Assembly (NCBI GenBank): GCA_965215185.1
Contig: OZ244034.1
Span: 1,568,001 to 1,632,000 of the forward strand
DNA: 64,000 bases
Direction: 5' to 3'
From: Acidimicrobiia bacterium
Lineage (GTDB): Bacteria; Actinomycetota; Acidimicrobiia; Spongiisociales; ZC4RG35
In this document: positions 50,950 through 60,069 of the stretch, piece after piece
How the letters are laid out: each line of letters begins with the position of its first letter
Position numbering within the stretch: the first letter of the stretch is position 1
Made by a program: the position numbers and the translations under genes
The notes under the pieces: model-generated
Seen by the model: only the letters and a program-made list of their open reading frames with translations
Database searches by the model: none
What the model was told of the DNA's origin: nothing

Positions 50950-51341
50950 GCCTGCTGAGACCTCGCTGCAGGTTCCGGCCCGTGAGGCAGCGGACGGGTG
51001 TCAATACGCATCTGTGTCAGGAAGCGAAACTCTCCACTCCACCGGTTCCTTGTCCACCACTCGACGCGGCGCTGCAGCCGGATGGTGTGAACCACCGACG
51101 GGACCGTTCGCCACTCACCATTCACCAACTCGATCCCAGTCTCGTCTCCTGGCTGGAACTGGAATCCCTCCGGGTAGCCCTGGTATCTGGCCCGGACGGT
51201 CCCGCCAGTGCGGTCGCTCTCCACCCACACGGCACCCGCGCCGGCATCGGACTTGTAGGTACCCAACTCAACTCCATCCTCCGGAGGTTCATAAACGTGG
51301 GCGGGGTCGGAATCGGGTGTTTGGGGAAGGTGGTCGCTCAT
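50946..51341 (-). CDS. Hypothetical protein in the mau-like cluster
   Basis: GAGGAG upstream; stop overlaps the peptide start; no family recognised. Confidence 0.65.
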   Translation of the reverse strand: MSDHLPQTPDSDPAHVYEPPEDGVELGTYKSDAGAGAVWVESDRTGGTVRARYQGYPEGFQFQPGDETGIELVNGEWRTVPSVVHTIRLQRRVEWWTRNRWSGEFRFLTQMRIDTRPLPHGPEPAARSQQA

Positions 51342-51355
51342 CCGGTTTCATCTCC

Positions 51356-51991
51356 TCACTGCTCTAGGTCCACCCCGGATGACCCCAGACGTTGTCCCTG
51401 GGCTATAGGGGTTGTCGGGTCCGCGGTCGCATCCATTTTCGGCTTACGGAAGGGCCCTGGTGCCATCTCAAAGGCCGCAAGGCGCCCGGTCAGTAGATCA
51501 TTAAGCGCACGCCGACCCCCGATACCAGCACCGAATGCGATCCGGCCCCCTAAGACACCCACCGCGGACGGGCTTGACGAAACGCCCAGTCCCTTGACGA
51601 TCGACATGTCATCGTCGAACACCAACTCTTCCAGGGGGAGCCCCTGAGCTACCGCCCACTTACGCATCCGCACCGGGTCGGCAGCGGTCACCACGATAGA
51701 TACACCGTCCGGTATCAAGCCATCGAAGGAACGAACCAGCCGCTCGCAGGCACTGCAGACGGGGGAGATCACCAACACCACATGCACCGAAACCCCGTCG
51801 ATGTGCTCAGGCAACCCATTAGAACTGGCCAGAGAGCCGACCGCATCGGGCGCCAGGTCGAACTCCTCGAACAAATCCTCGGCCGGGTTCCTCGACCCCG
51901 CCCGCTCAGCCAACAACTCCATCACCGCCAACGCGACCAGCCCACACAGAACTAGTGCCACGACGGCAATTACCAACGCAGCGACTACCAC
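51356..51991 (-). CDS. MauD-like membrane-anchored thioredoxin-fold protein
   Basis: N-terminal TM helix, ISPVCSAC (CxxC), LGVSSSPSAV cis-Pro loop; GTG start overlaps the MauE-like stop. Confidence 0.8.
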   Translation of the reverse strand: MVVAALVIAVVALVLCGLVALAVMELLAERAGSRNPAEDLFEEFDLAPDAVGSLASSNGLPEHIDGVSVHVVLVISPVCSACERLVRSFDGLIPDGVSIVVTAADPVRMRKWAVAQGLPLEELVFDDDMSIVKGLGVSSSPSAVGVLGGRIAFGAGIGGRRALNDLLTGRLAAFEMAPGPFRKPKMDATADPTTPIAQGQRLGSSGVDLEQ

Positions 51992-52578
51992 ACAGACGCC
52001 TCTGGATCCGAAGCCCGAGCCGCGAACGGGTGGGCGAAAACAGTGCGTCGGTGAAAAGCGATCGTGTGCACCCTTCGCCAGAGCCGCGTAACCACCAACG
52101 TAGTGGACAGCACGGCGCAACATGCGAGCATGAACAACCCCACCTCCGGCCGGGTCCCCTCGCCGAACAACGATTGGTCTTGTGCCACACCCCACGCAGC
52201 TGCCACCCACAACGGCAACTGGAGAATCTGCGGCCACCCAAGAGCTCGGTCCGACCGACCGAAACAGGCGCAAGACACCTTGCTGGTGCTGGCAATCCCG
52301 ACAACGCCCACGACAGCCAGACCAACCGCGAACAACAACAAAGCAAGGGCCGCCGCCGCGGACCGCTCAATCACGATCACCCAAGCCAGAACGACCTCGA
52401 ACACACCAAGTAGCCGCCCGCTGAACTGCCACCCAGACCCGCGAGGCCGCCAGCCAATGGCCTGCCACAGCTCGGCCAACGTCTCCGCAACCGGCGCGGG
52501 CTGAACTATCTTGGCCGAACCCGCCACCAATAAAACCGTCGCCGCTCCCATCACCATCAGATCGGCCGCACCTGTCAT
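51985..52578 (-). CDS. MauE/DoxX-family membrane protein
   Basis: LLVAGSAKI, LGVFEVVL, SCACFG (CxCFG); GGAGGAGG RBS before ATG 52578. Confidence 0.85.
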   Translation of the reverse strand: MTGAADLMVMGAATVLLVAGSAKIVQPAPVAETLAELWQAIGWRPRGSGWQFSGRLLGVFEVVLAWVIVIERSAAAALALLLFAVGLAVVGVVGIASTSKVSCACFGRSDRALGWPQILQLPLWVAAAWGVAQDQSLFGEGTRPEVGLFMLACCAVLSTTLVVTRLWRRVHTIAFHRRTVFAHPFAARASDPEASVW

Positions 52579-53751
52579 CAGCGCCTCCTCCCGCAATGCC
52601 CCTCAGGTTCGAACACAACGGCAATACGTGCCGGAGCGGTAGCCGTTTTCACCACCACCAACCCAACTTCCCCAGCACCGAGGTGGCCCGGCTACAATCC
52701 ACGGCAGTCTGCAACAACCCCACAGCCACCACGGAGAATCAACCCCTAACGTTGTGCGTTTGTCCCGCTGCCAACCGGCGGTTGTGCGTTGATTCGAACA
52801 GTCCTTCACTCCCTTTGCAGTGCTTTGACAGTGTAAGGACCTTTTCTGGCACAATAGATGTGTAGAAACGTGTCGCCTGTAAGGTTATGCGTGTCATGAG
52901 TGTGGTTAGGCAGAAAATCAGCACCATCAACCAAAAAACCCACCAAACAACCTGACCGATCCTCCACGATCTGCCGAGAACCTCCCCCACCCAACAGCAG
53001 AAAGAAGGCCAGACCCCAACTGCCATGGAGAACCAACAAAGAGCGCGACTAGCAATCGAGCAGGACACGGTCGAAAACCCAAGAGCCGTGTTGCTTGAGT
53101 CAGGCCCAGTGATTTCCGGTAGGTGGCCATAATCCCCGCAGAGAAAGAGCCATTGCGCGTTGATTTGAACGAGGGTGGTTGTGGGCAACGCGGGCGGGGG
53201 TCGGATTGGATGCGTAACGGCGAATGCGCTAGGCGCTATCGGCCGAGGCGGGCTGGCTAGCTCGGTCGGGTTACCGTAGCGCATAGGTAGGCACCGGCCT
53301 CTGATGTCCTTGTTGCCAACTCAAGGTATCTCTTTGAATTCGGGAATGTTCGGATCGAGACCGTGGGCCCGCAAGGATGAAATCTCGAAGAGTTGTCGTT
53401 GCAAGATATGGAAACGAGACCGTCGCTGGTTTCGATTAGTAGTGAGGAGGCGGTTTCCCAGGCCGTTACCGGCTTGCCCTCGTAACGGACTAGATCATGA
53501 ACTTTCTTCGCGATTCGGCGACCGCCAACGTTTCGATGCAAACGTGCAGCCACGATCCGACCCCCTAGAAGGGCGATCAGACGCTGCCGAGAGAACAGGA
53601 CGTAGTCGGGACTTTCCTTGAGGAAGGGTGAGCCCGAACCGTCGTTCGATGCGCTCACCTCAGTTGGCTCGACGTCGACAAGAACCTTGTTCGGAGCGCC
53701 GCTGACCGAAGAATTGGTGTCTTCCCGTTGGCCTTCTAGGTGAGCTCCTAT

Positions 53752-53990
53752 GATGCTTCTATGATCTCCAAATCGAGTCTTTTGGTGGGGGGTGGTGTGT
53801 TGTCGGGGGTTGATTTCGCAGGGGTTTAGGGGGCGGTTCCACGGTTGGGTGGGTTTTCGAGGATGCGGTAGAGGTGGCGGGCGATGTACCGATGCTCCTA
53901 TTTTTGTCAAATTGGGTTTTGTTGTGGGGCGGGTGCGGTTAGCCATTGTTGGTATTGGGTGGCGAGTTGATGGTTGTGAACCGCCGACTT
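53752..53990 (-). mobile_element. Two stacked IS110-type 3' ends
   Basis: GATGCTTCTATGATCTCCAAATCG (as at 45046) and GATGCTCCTATTTTTGTCAAAT (as at 44692), with QYQQWLT tail. Confidence 0.7.
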
Positions 53991-53999
53991 GTATGTGGG

Positions 54000-54225
54000 T
54001 TACTGGTCGCTGTGGCTGTGAAGGTCGTAGCGTCTGGTAGGCCGTTGGCTGGGTTGGCTCGTGAACCGTCTGCCACTTCTTTGGGTTGGCTCTCCCGGGG
54101 TGTGCCACCCAGTTGACGGCTGGCTGCGGTCTGGCTCAACAGAGGCGTGATTTCCCCCAGTGGGTCTCGAAGTCGGCATGCCGACCGCGGTGTCCCCGTT
54201 TCTCGGAGAGCAAAGGACCAAGAAC
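54000..54225 (+). ncRNA. Candidate IS110 non-coding leader (bridge/seek RNA region)
   Basis: ~220 bp without a convincing ORF directly upstream of the IS110 ATG; positional inference, structure not computed. Confidence 0.35.
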
Positions 54226-54482
54226 ATGATCATCGGAGTTGATCCACACAAGAGCAGCCACACCGCTACGGCAGTGGACGCGGTTAGAAACACGGCGGTG
54301 GGTTCGTTGCAGGTCGATGCCACCCTGGCGGGCTATTGGCACCTGTTGCGGTGGGCACGTCAGTTCAAGGATCGACGGTGGGCGGTTGACAACGCCCGAG
54401 GCTTGGGGTGTCATCTCGCTTTAGTGGCTTGTTGCCAAGGACGAGATAGTGTTCGACGCGTCGACCTCAGCTACCGCCCGTG
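54226..54482 (+). mobile_element. IS110 transposase 5' remnant
   Basis: MIIGVDPHKSSHTATAVD...WAVDNARGLG; cut by IS3. Confidence 0.85.
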
Positions 54483-54741
54483 TGGAGTTCCCCCGTTTTT
54501 GCGGACACGTATTCTGTGATCGTATGAGAGGCTGTTTGGTCTCTCGGAATAGGAGGTATTTGTATGCCTGCTCCTTATCCGGAGGAGTTCCGGCGTAGGG
54601 CCGTGGATCTGGTCCGCGAAAGTGACGAGTCGGTTGTGGCGATTTCTCGCCGGCTGGGGATTTCGGTTTCCGGTTTGCGAAGGTGGGTGGCCCAGGCCGA
54701 GATCGACGAAGGCCGGTCTGTTGGGGTGTCCACCGAAGAAA
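54483..54741 (+). mobile_element. Left part of a second copy of the 43218-44507 IS3
   Basis: Near-identical IR and MPAPYPEEFRRRAV orfA, truncated. Confidence 0.88.
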
Positions 54742-54769
54742 TGAATCGCACCGGCTTTAATAGAGACTT

Positions 54770-56040
54770 TGGTGGTACCCGACTTTGGTGGAGTCGGGTT
54801 ATTTGAATTGGTGGTGTGACTGACCCGAAAGGAGTCTTCATGCCTTATCGATATCCACCCGAGTTCCGTCGCAGGGTGCTGGATCTGCTGGCAGTTGGCA
54901 GGTCGGTGGCGTCGTTGTCAGCGGATCTTGGGGTGTCTGATCAGACGATCTACAACTGGCGGCGCCAGGACCGAATCGACCGCGGTCTACAACCGGGTGC
55001 CACTTCGGAGGAACAGGCCGAACTGTGGGCCGCTCGCTGTCGGATCGTCGAGCTGGAAACCGAACTGGCCGTGACCAAGCGGGCTATTGAACTGCTGGGA
55101 GACCAGGTGGTGTCCCTCAAAGACGCTACCAGGCGATCCGGACCATGAGAACCGAAGGGCTTCCCAGGTGGCGTGTCGAGCGCTCGAGGTGTCACAGTCC
55201 GGGTTCTACGCCAGGGTGGTCCCGGCCGCCGTCAGCCCGCTTGCATCCGCCACGCCTGGCTGACCGACGTCATCTGTCACATCCATGAACAGTCACGCGG
55301 CACCTATGGGGCGCGGCGGGTGCACGCCGAACTGCGGTTGGGTCATGGAATAACCGTCGGACACAACGCAGTAGCGATGCTGATGAAAAGAGCCGGTCTA
55401 GCTGGTCTTAGTAGGTGACCGAAGTCCCAGACGGCGGACCCGCCCGGTGGACACGCCCGGTGGACCTGGTCGACCGTAACTTCGCCCGTTTCGAACCGGA
55501 CCAACTGTGGGTGACCGATATCACAGAGCATCCCACCCGGCAAGCGCAAGGTGTACTGCGCGGTGGTGCTGGACGTGTACGGGCCGCCGGGTCGTCGGCT
55601 GGTCGATCGACAACACGGCCACCTCCAGACTGGTCACCTCCGCGTTAGGTATGGCAATCGGGAACCGCCAACCCGACCCCGGCACGGTCATACATTCGGA
55701 CCAGGGCACCCAATTCACCTCCTGGGCGTTCACCCAACGGGCCCTCGAATCCGGTCTGGTTCCGTCCATGGGAACCGTCGGGGACTGTTTCGATAACGCC
55801 ACCATGGAATCGTTTTGGGCTCGTATGCAGGTCGAGCTGTTGGACCGCAGGAGGTGGAGGACCCGTATCGAACTCGCCAACGCTATCTTCGAATACCTAG
55901 AGATCTTCCACAACCGCCACCGGCACCACACCGCACTGGAAATGCGCACCCCCATCGAATACGAAAGAAACCACAACAACAACCTAACCATCGCACCACT
56001 GATCCAAGTGAGCTGACTCCACAAAACCGGGGGACCATCA
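54770..56040 (+). mobile_element. Third IS3-family element (degenerate orfB)
   Basis: IRs TGGTGGTACCCGACTTTGGTGGAGTC / TGATGGTCCCCGGTTTTGTGGAGTC; YPPEFRRRVL, WVTDITE, HSDQGTQF, DNATMESFW. Confidence 0.85.
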
Positions 56041-56174
56041 GACTCGGGTGGTGTGCTCAGCGCCGAGAACCCAACCTCTGCAGGCCAGCGGATACCTCCA
56101 CCCATCAAGGCCAGCGGCGTTGTCAATTCGTTGCTTTCTTCCCAATTTAAGTAGCGAGGCTGGGCTCCAAGACC

Positions 56175-56468
56175 ATGACAATCTCCCACGATACGAAAGT
56201 CGACTTGGATGGCCTCGTCGCTGACATGCTCGAAGGGGAACCCGACGAGGTTTCGTGCCCTTCCCGCCTGCCTCAATACGACTTCGAGTGCATTCGGGAC
56301 ATCATTCGGAAAGTGATCAGAATGTATCACCCCGTGGAACGCAATGTGCCCTGGCAACCGGGACCCCGGTCCATGGGCGGAGTCGCCTTGATGGCGCTTA
56401 TCAAGAACGGCGACTACCAGGCCGCCGACGACTATCTTGTCGTTGAGGGTAGCTTCCTCCCCGCCTAA
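56175..56468 (+). CDS. Xre/MbcA/ParS-like antitoxin
   Basis: W.P.P..MGG....LI..G....YL C-terminal pattern; directly upstream of a RES gene. Confidence 0.6.
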   Translation: MTISHDTKVDLDGLVADMLEGEPDEVSCPSRLPQYDFECIRDIIRKVIRMYHPVERNVPWQPGPRSMGGVALMALIKNGDYQAADDYLVVEGSFLPA

Positions 56469-56480
56469 CCACCCGAAGTC

Positions 56481-56880
56481 ATGACATGGCCCTCCGTCGC
56501 CTTCAAGGGCGAAACGTGGAGGCATTGCAATCCCGACTACGACCCTCTCAGCGGTGAAGGCGCTCGAAGGCAAGGGGGACGGTTCAATCCTCCCGGGATA
56601 CCCACGCTTTACCTTTGCACGACCATAGAATGCGCTCAAGCCGAATACAGCAAACAGGGCACCTATAAGTCACTACCCACTAGCAATCTCTACAGAATCT
56701 CAGCGACCCTGCCTCTCGTGCTGGATTTGACACGAGAAGAAACCCGATCCAGTGCCGGTGTAATGCTGGACGACTTGGTTTCAGATCAAGATGTAGGCAA
56801 GAGGGCATACGAAGAGGGACTTCAGGCTGTTCTTTCATGGTCATCCAACGGCCACGACAAGATAATGGCGGTTTTCACAG
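56481..56880 (+). CDS. RES-domain toxin (3' end fused to a transposase fragment)
   Basis: WRH...LSGEGA...GGRFNP...LYL....A.AEY...VLDL...S. Confidence 0.8.
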
Positions 56881-57119
56881 TTCCTCGGTTACGACGCTCA
56901 CATCGCCATCGCCGTCGCCGTGGCAGTGTGGTCGGGCAACCCCAACCATGTCGCCATCAGACCATCCCCACCGGGATACATTCTCGCTCTCCACGTCGCT
57001 CCGGGAGCCACCAATCCCGGACCCATCGGACTGCAACTCGCCCTCCAATCTCACGAGATTGCACCAGGCCTCAGCGACGTTGTCGCCTATTGATGGGCAG
57101 TTTGCCACCACCCCTGACC
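56878..57119 (+). mobile_element. YREK transposase internal fragment plus partial end repeat
   Basis: GYDAHIAIAVA..WSGNP..PGYILALHVAPGATNPG matches 63082-63250; GCCACCACCCCTGACCT at 57104. Confidence 0.75.
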
Positions 57120-57202
57120 TTATCGGCGGTCAGGTGCTGACCTGGGTCGACACCAAGCCGACCCAGGAGGGCGTCTTGCCGCGCAGGTATCCTCCTAGGC
57201 TG

Positions 57203-57817
57203 ATGAGTGTCGGATCGTGCGAATGCGCCCCCCTGGAAGAGGTATCGGCCCCCGACGGCTACGACATCCCACCCGGTGGGCCCCTCAACTCTCGGCCCGC
57301 GTGCCTTGGCCTCGCCCTGGCAACACTAAGGGCGTACCCCCAGGGTGTAGAGGCCGCCTACATCAGCCGAACGGCGGGGTTGGGTTCGGACATCGTGGCG
57401 CTGGCACTAGAGTCGTTGCGTTCCGAGGGATTGGCATTCTCGACCGCGGAGACCATCCCGTGGTACCGGGAGTCGAGGGAAGTGCTCCTGTGGAGAGAGG
57501 TGCCTCACAGGTCGCTATTGCAGCAATCTCTCCCCCGCTACCGGGAGCCCCCACTCCCGCCGCCCGAGCGGATACCCCCGGAGTTCTGGTGGCTGTTCTG
57601 GTCGGATATGGACCCTGCGGACATCCGGCTTCCCAAGGATGCCTGGTATGTGGCATCGAGGATGCTTCGCCCAGAGGGTTCCTGGAGGTATGTGCCCGCA
57701 GAGACGTGGGCCTTGAAGTGCCTGCCCGCCTGTGCGCTCCGGATGTTATTGGACTCCCGGGGATATAGGGACACGGCGGTGGGTGCCCGTATCGAACTGA
57801 GGGTCGGTAGATGCTGA
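57203..57817 (+). CDS. Putative antitoxin, winged helix plus DUF6922-like domain
   Basis: ISRTAGL...AL..L...GL HTH; IPPEFWWLFWSD.DP..I.L......VA.R.L. Confidence 0.55.
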   Translation: MSVGSCECAPLEEVSAPDGYDIPPGGPLNSRPACLGLALATLRAYPQGVEAAYISRTAGLGSDIVALALESLRSEGLAFSTAETIPWYRESREVLLWREVPHRSLLQQSLPRYREPPLPPPERIPPEFWWLFWSDMDPADIRLPKDAWYVASRMLRPEGSWRYVPAETWALKCLPACALRMLLDSRGYRDTAVGARIELRVGRC

Positions 57818-58473
57818 CCTGGGTTGACATCAAGCCCGCTCTCGAGGGGGCATTGCCCTTCGTGGCCGCGGCCACCGCCGACCTGGGCGGTGTGCTGGTG
57901 GGAGGCTCAGCTCTCGCTTGGCAGTTGGAGCACCGGGCGTCCTTCGATCTGGATGTACAGATGCCCGCAGAATTCGACGAGGCCGCCGTGGCGGAATGTC
58001 TCGGCGCCCAGGGCCGACCGTTCGAGATATTGAGTTCCCGCCCGAGCGTGCTGGTCGGCAGGCTGGACGGAGTGAAGGTGGAGGTATGGAGGAGTTCGGT
58101 GCCGCAGGAACAGATAGAGGAAGGCCCGGTCGTCCTGGGAATGCCCCTGGCATCTCTGGCGGACCTCTTTGCTCTGAAGCTCCAGACCGTGCGTAGCCGA
58201 GCGCAACTGCGCTACTATATTGATATAGCGGCACTTACTCAGGTGATGGGCATGGAGAATGGCATCCGCGCCTACGCCATGCGTTACGGGCATTTCCTGA
58301 TCTACGAAGACCTCTACGATGTTTTCTCCTTCCTCACCCCGCCTCCCCGCGACCTGCCCCCCGATCCGTCATTCGAAGAGATCAGGGACAGCGTTCTTCG
58401 GGCCGTCCACTTGGCGGCCGAGGCGACGCTTCTTTGGCTGACGGAGCGCAACGGTATCGCCCGCTCGCCCTAG
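57811..58473 (+). CDS. AbiEii/AbiGii nucleotidyltransferase toxin
   Basis: LVGGSALA..L.HR.SFDLD; L.ALKL..V.SR....YYID. Confidence 0.8.
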   Translation: MLTWVDIKPALEGALPFVAAATADLGGVLVGGSALAWQLEHRASFDLDVQMPAEFDEAAVAECLGAQGRPFEILSSRPSVLVGRLDGVKVEVWRSSVPQEQIEEGPVVLGMPLASLADLFALKLQTVRSRAQLRYYIDIAALTQVMGMENGIRAYAMRYGHFLIYEDLYDVFSFLTPPPRDLPPDPSFEEIRDSVLRAVHLAAEATLLWLTERNGIARSP

Positions 58474-58555
58474 GGTCACACGGATCCCTGTTGCTTCTGC
58501 AATACCGAAAAACCGCGCCTTGGTAAGCGACAGCGTGCTTGGGGGACACAGGCCT

Positions 58556-58848
58556 CTAAGCCAAAGAGGGATAGCCGCATACCAAGAGGAGGTTCCTAGC
58601 CGCCTCATAGTCGCGGTTTTCTATATGATCCATCAGCGTGAACTTGCTTGACGGGTAAGGATTCGGCTGCCAAGGCACCGACCGTTCGATAGGGTGGTAC
58701 ATCTCTATCACATCATCGATGATTGCTTGGAGTTCCCTGTATTCACTGAGCGGCATTCCAGACGGGCAGGGCACTGCACTGGGGCCTTTGTCAAGCATTT
58801 TGGACACGAGTTCGTCCATCTCGTATTCGACGTTCCGCGCTAGGGCCA
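58556..58848 (-). CDS. Orphan homolog of the 56175 antitoxin
   Basis: EMDELVSKML..GP..VPCPS...VIEMYHPIERSVPWQP...LMDHIENRDY. Confidence 0.7.
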
Positions 58849-58879
58849 TGAACAGAAGTGTATCCGAGGCTTTCCGCGA

Positions 58880-59297
58880 CTGCAGCGAGGATCGCTCATC
58901 GCGTATCTGACCTTGTGGCCCTGGTTTGGACACGAAACCGCAAACTCGACAACGGCGGCGGACAGTACTCGTGTTCACAGTGCGCCGGGAGGGTCACCAC
59001 CAACGCCAAAACCCGCAACGCCAGCGTCGTGCCAGCTGACACCGCTCCGTTCCTGCGCATCGAAGCAGAGCAGTGCTGCCATAGCAAGGTCAGCATCCCA
59101 GCCGACCTGCTCGACGCCTCCCAGGACATCCCCTTCGGCACTCCCGCTCACGACAAAAGCTACGGACGCCGTAACCCCAGCGAGAAAACCATCTCCATGA
59201 TCAAGGACAAAGGCGGCCTCAAAGCCGGATGGTGCCGCTCCTTCGGTCTCGCCGCACACACCATCGGCGCCCTAGCCCTGGCCATCGCTCACAACCC
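58880..59297 (+). mobile_element. YREK transposase fragment
   Basis: WTRNRKLDNGGGQYSCSQCAGRV...YGRRNPSEKTISMIK...AIAHN. Confidence 0.8.
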
Positions 59298-59435
59298 AGA
59301 CTGTCCTGTGCTCCACACGGACCATATCGCAAAAGCAACTAAGGAAAGCGAGAGGAAGCCCTTAGGAATGTGATCGTACCGCGGTATCCAACCGTGTGTG
59401 CCCATTCCGGTGTAAGGGAGTGTAGGCCTGTGGGT

Positions 59436-59565
59436 CTATTGGAGGGCTCTGATGATGAACGACGCCATTTGCGCTCGGGTTGCCGGCTGGTCCGGGCAGT
59501 ACAACAATGGTGTGGTGAAGCATCCACGGGTCACTCCGGCTTGGTAGATGCCTTCCACTACCGGC
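59436..59565 (-). pseudogene. SLH gene 3' fragment, copy A
   Basis: VEGIYQAGVTRGC..LLYCPDQP..RAQMASFIIRALQ. Confidence 0.7.
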
Positions 59566-59753
59566 CAATACTCCCGGCCCACCATGCGGGGGCGGCTGAC
59601 GGGTTTCCGGGGGCGTTGAAGTCGGTCGCTATTCCTGCTCTCTTTGGTTCATGGCCAAAGGAATGGGTCTCGTTATTTGACGCCATGAGGTCGAAGTGGT
59701 CGGGTGCTTCATCCAGCCGCAATCCAGACGACAGGTGGCCGTGTTCCCTTTTT

Positions 59754-60014
59754 CTATCTCTTTTCGAGATGCTCCAAGACCTGTCGGAAACCACGATCGA
59801 GCTTTTGGTCTGTATGCTCCAAGATCTGTCGGAAGCCCCGATCGAGTTTCTCGTCTGTGGCCCGGTGCTGTACGTCTATTTTGACGTCGAGGCGATGAAC
59901 GTCGTGCTTCAAGTCGACAACGTCGCCCCTCAAGTCGGCTATGTCCTCTCCGATGCGTCTCTCCATGTTGTTGAGCGCATCAGCGGTCATCTGAGCAACA
60001 TCCTTAGCGTCCAC
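59754..60014 (-). CDS. Small coiled-coil protein with a duplicated 15-aa unit
   Basis: Heptads; TD(E/Q)KLDRGFRQ(I/V)LEH twice. Confidence 0.6.
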   Translation of the reverse strand: MDAKDVAQMTADALNNMERRIGEDIADLRGDVVDLKHDVHRLDVKIDVQHRATDEKLDRGFRQILEHTDQKLDRGFRQVLEHLEKR

Positions 60015-60069
60015 ATTGTTCGAGTCTACCCTGCGTTCCGACCGTTCTCAAGGACAAACAAACACGGGT

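Noticed and set aside
46550-52578. Calling the cluster a true methylamine dehydrogenase operon
   Set aside because: No beta-propeller large subunit, MauG, amicyanin or cytochrome genes are recognisable, and the small protein lacks MauA length and motifs.
53100-53740. Possible minus-strand gene fragment upstream of the mau-like cluster
   Set aside because: No recognisable motif, no start, and truncated by IS110 ends.
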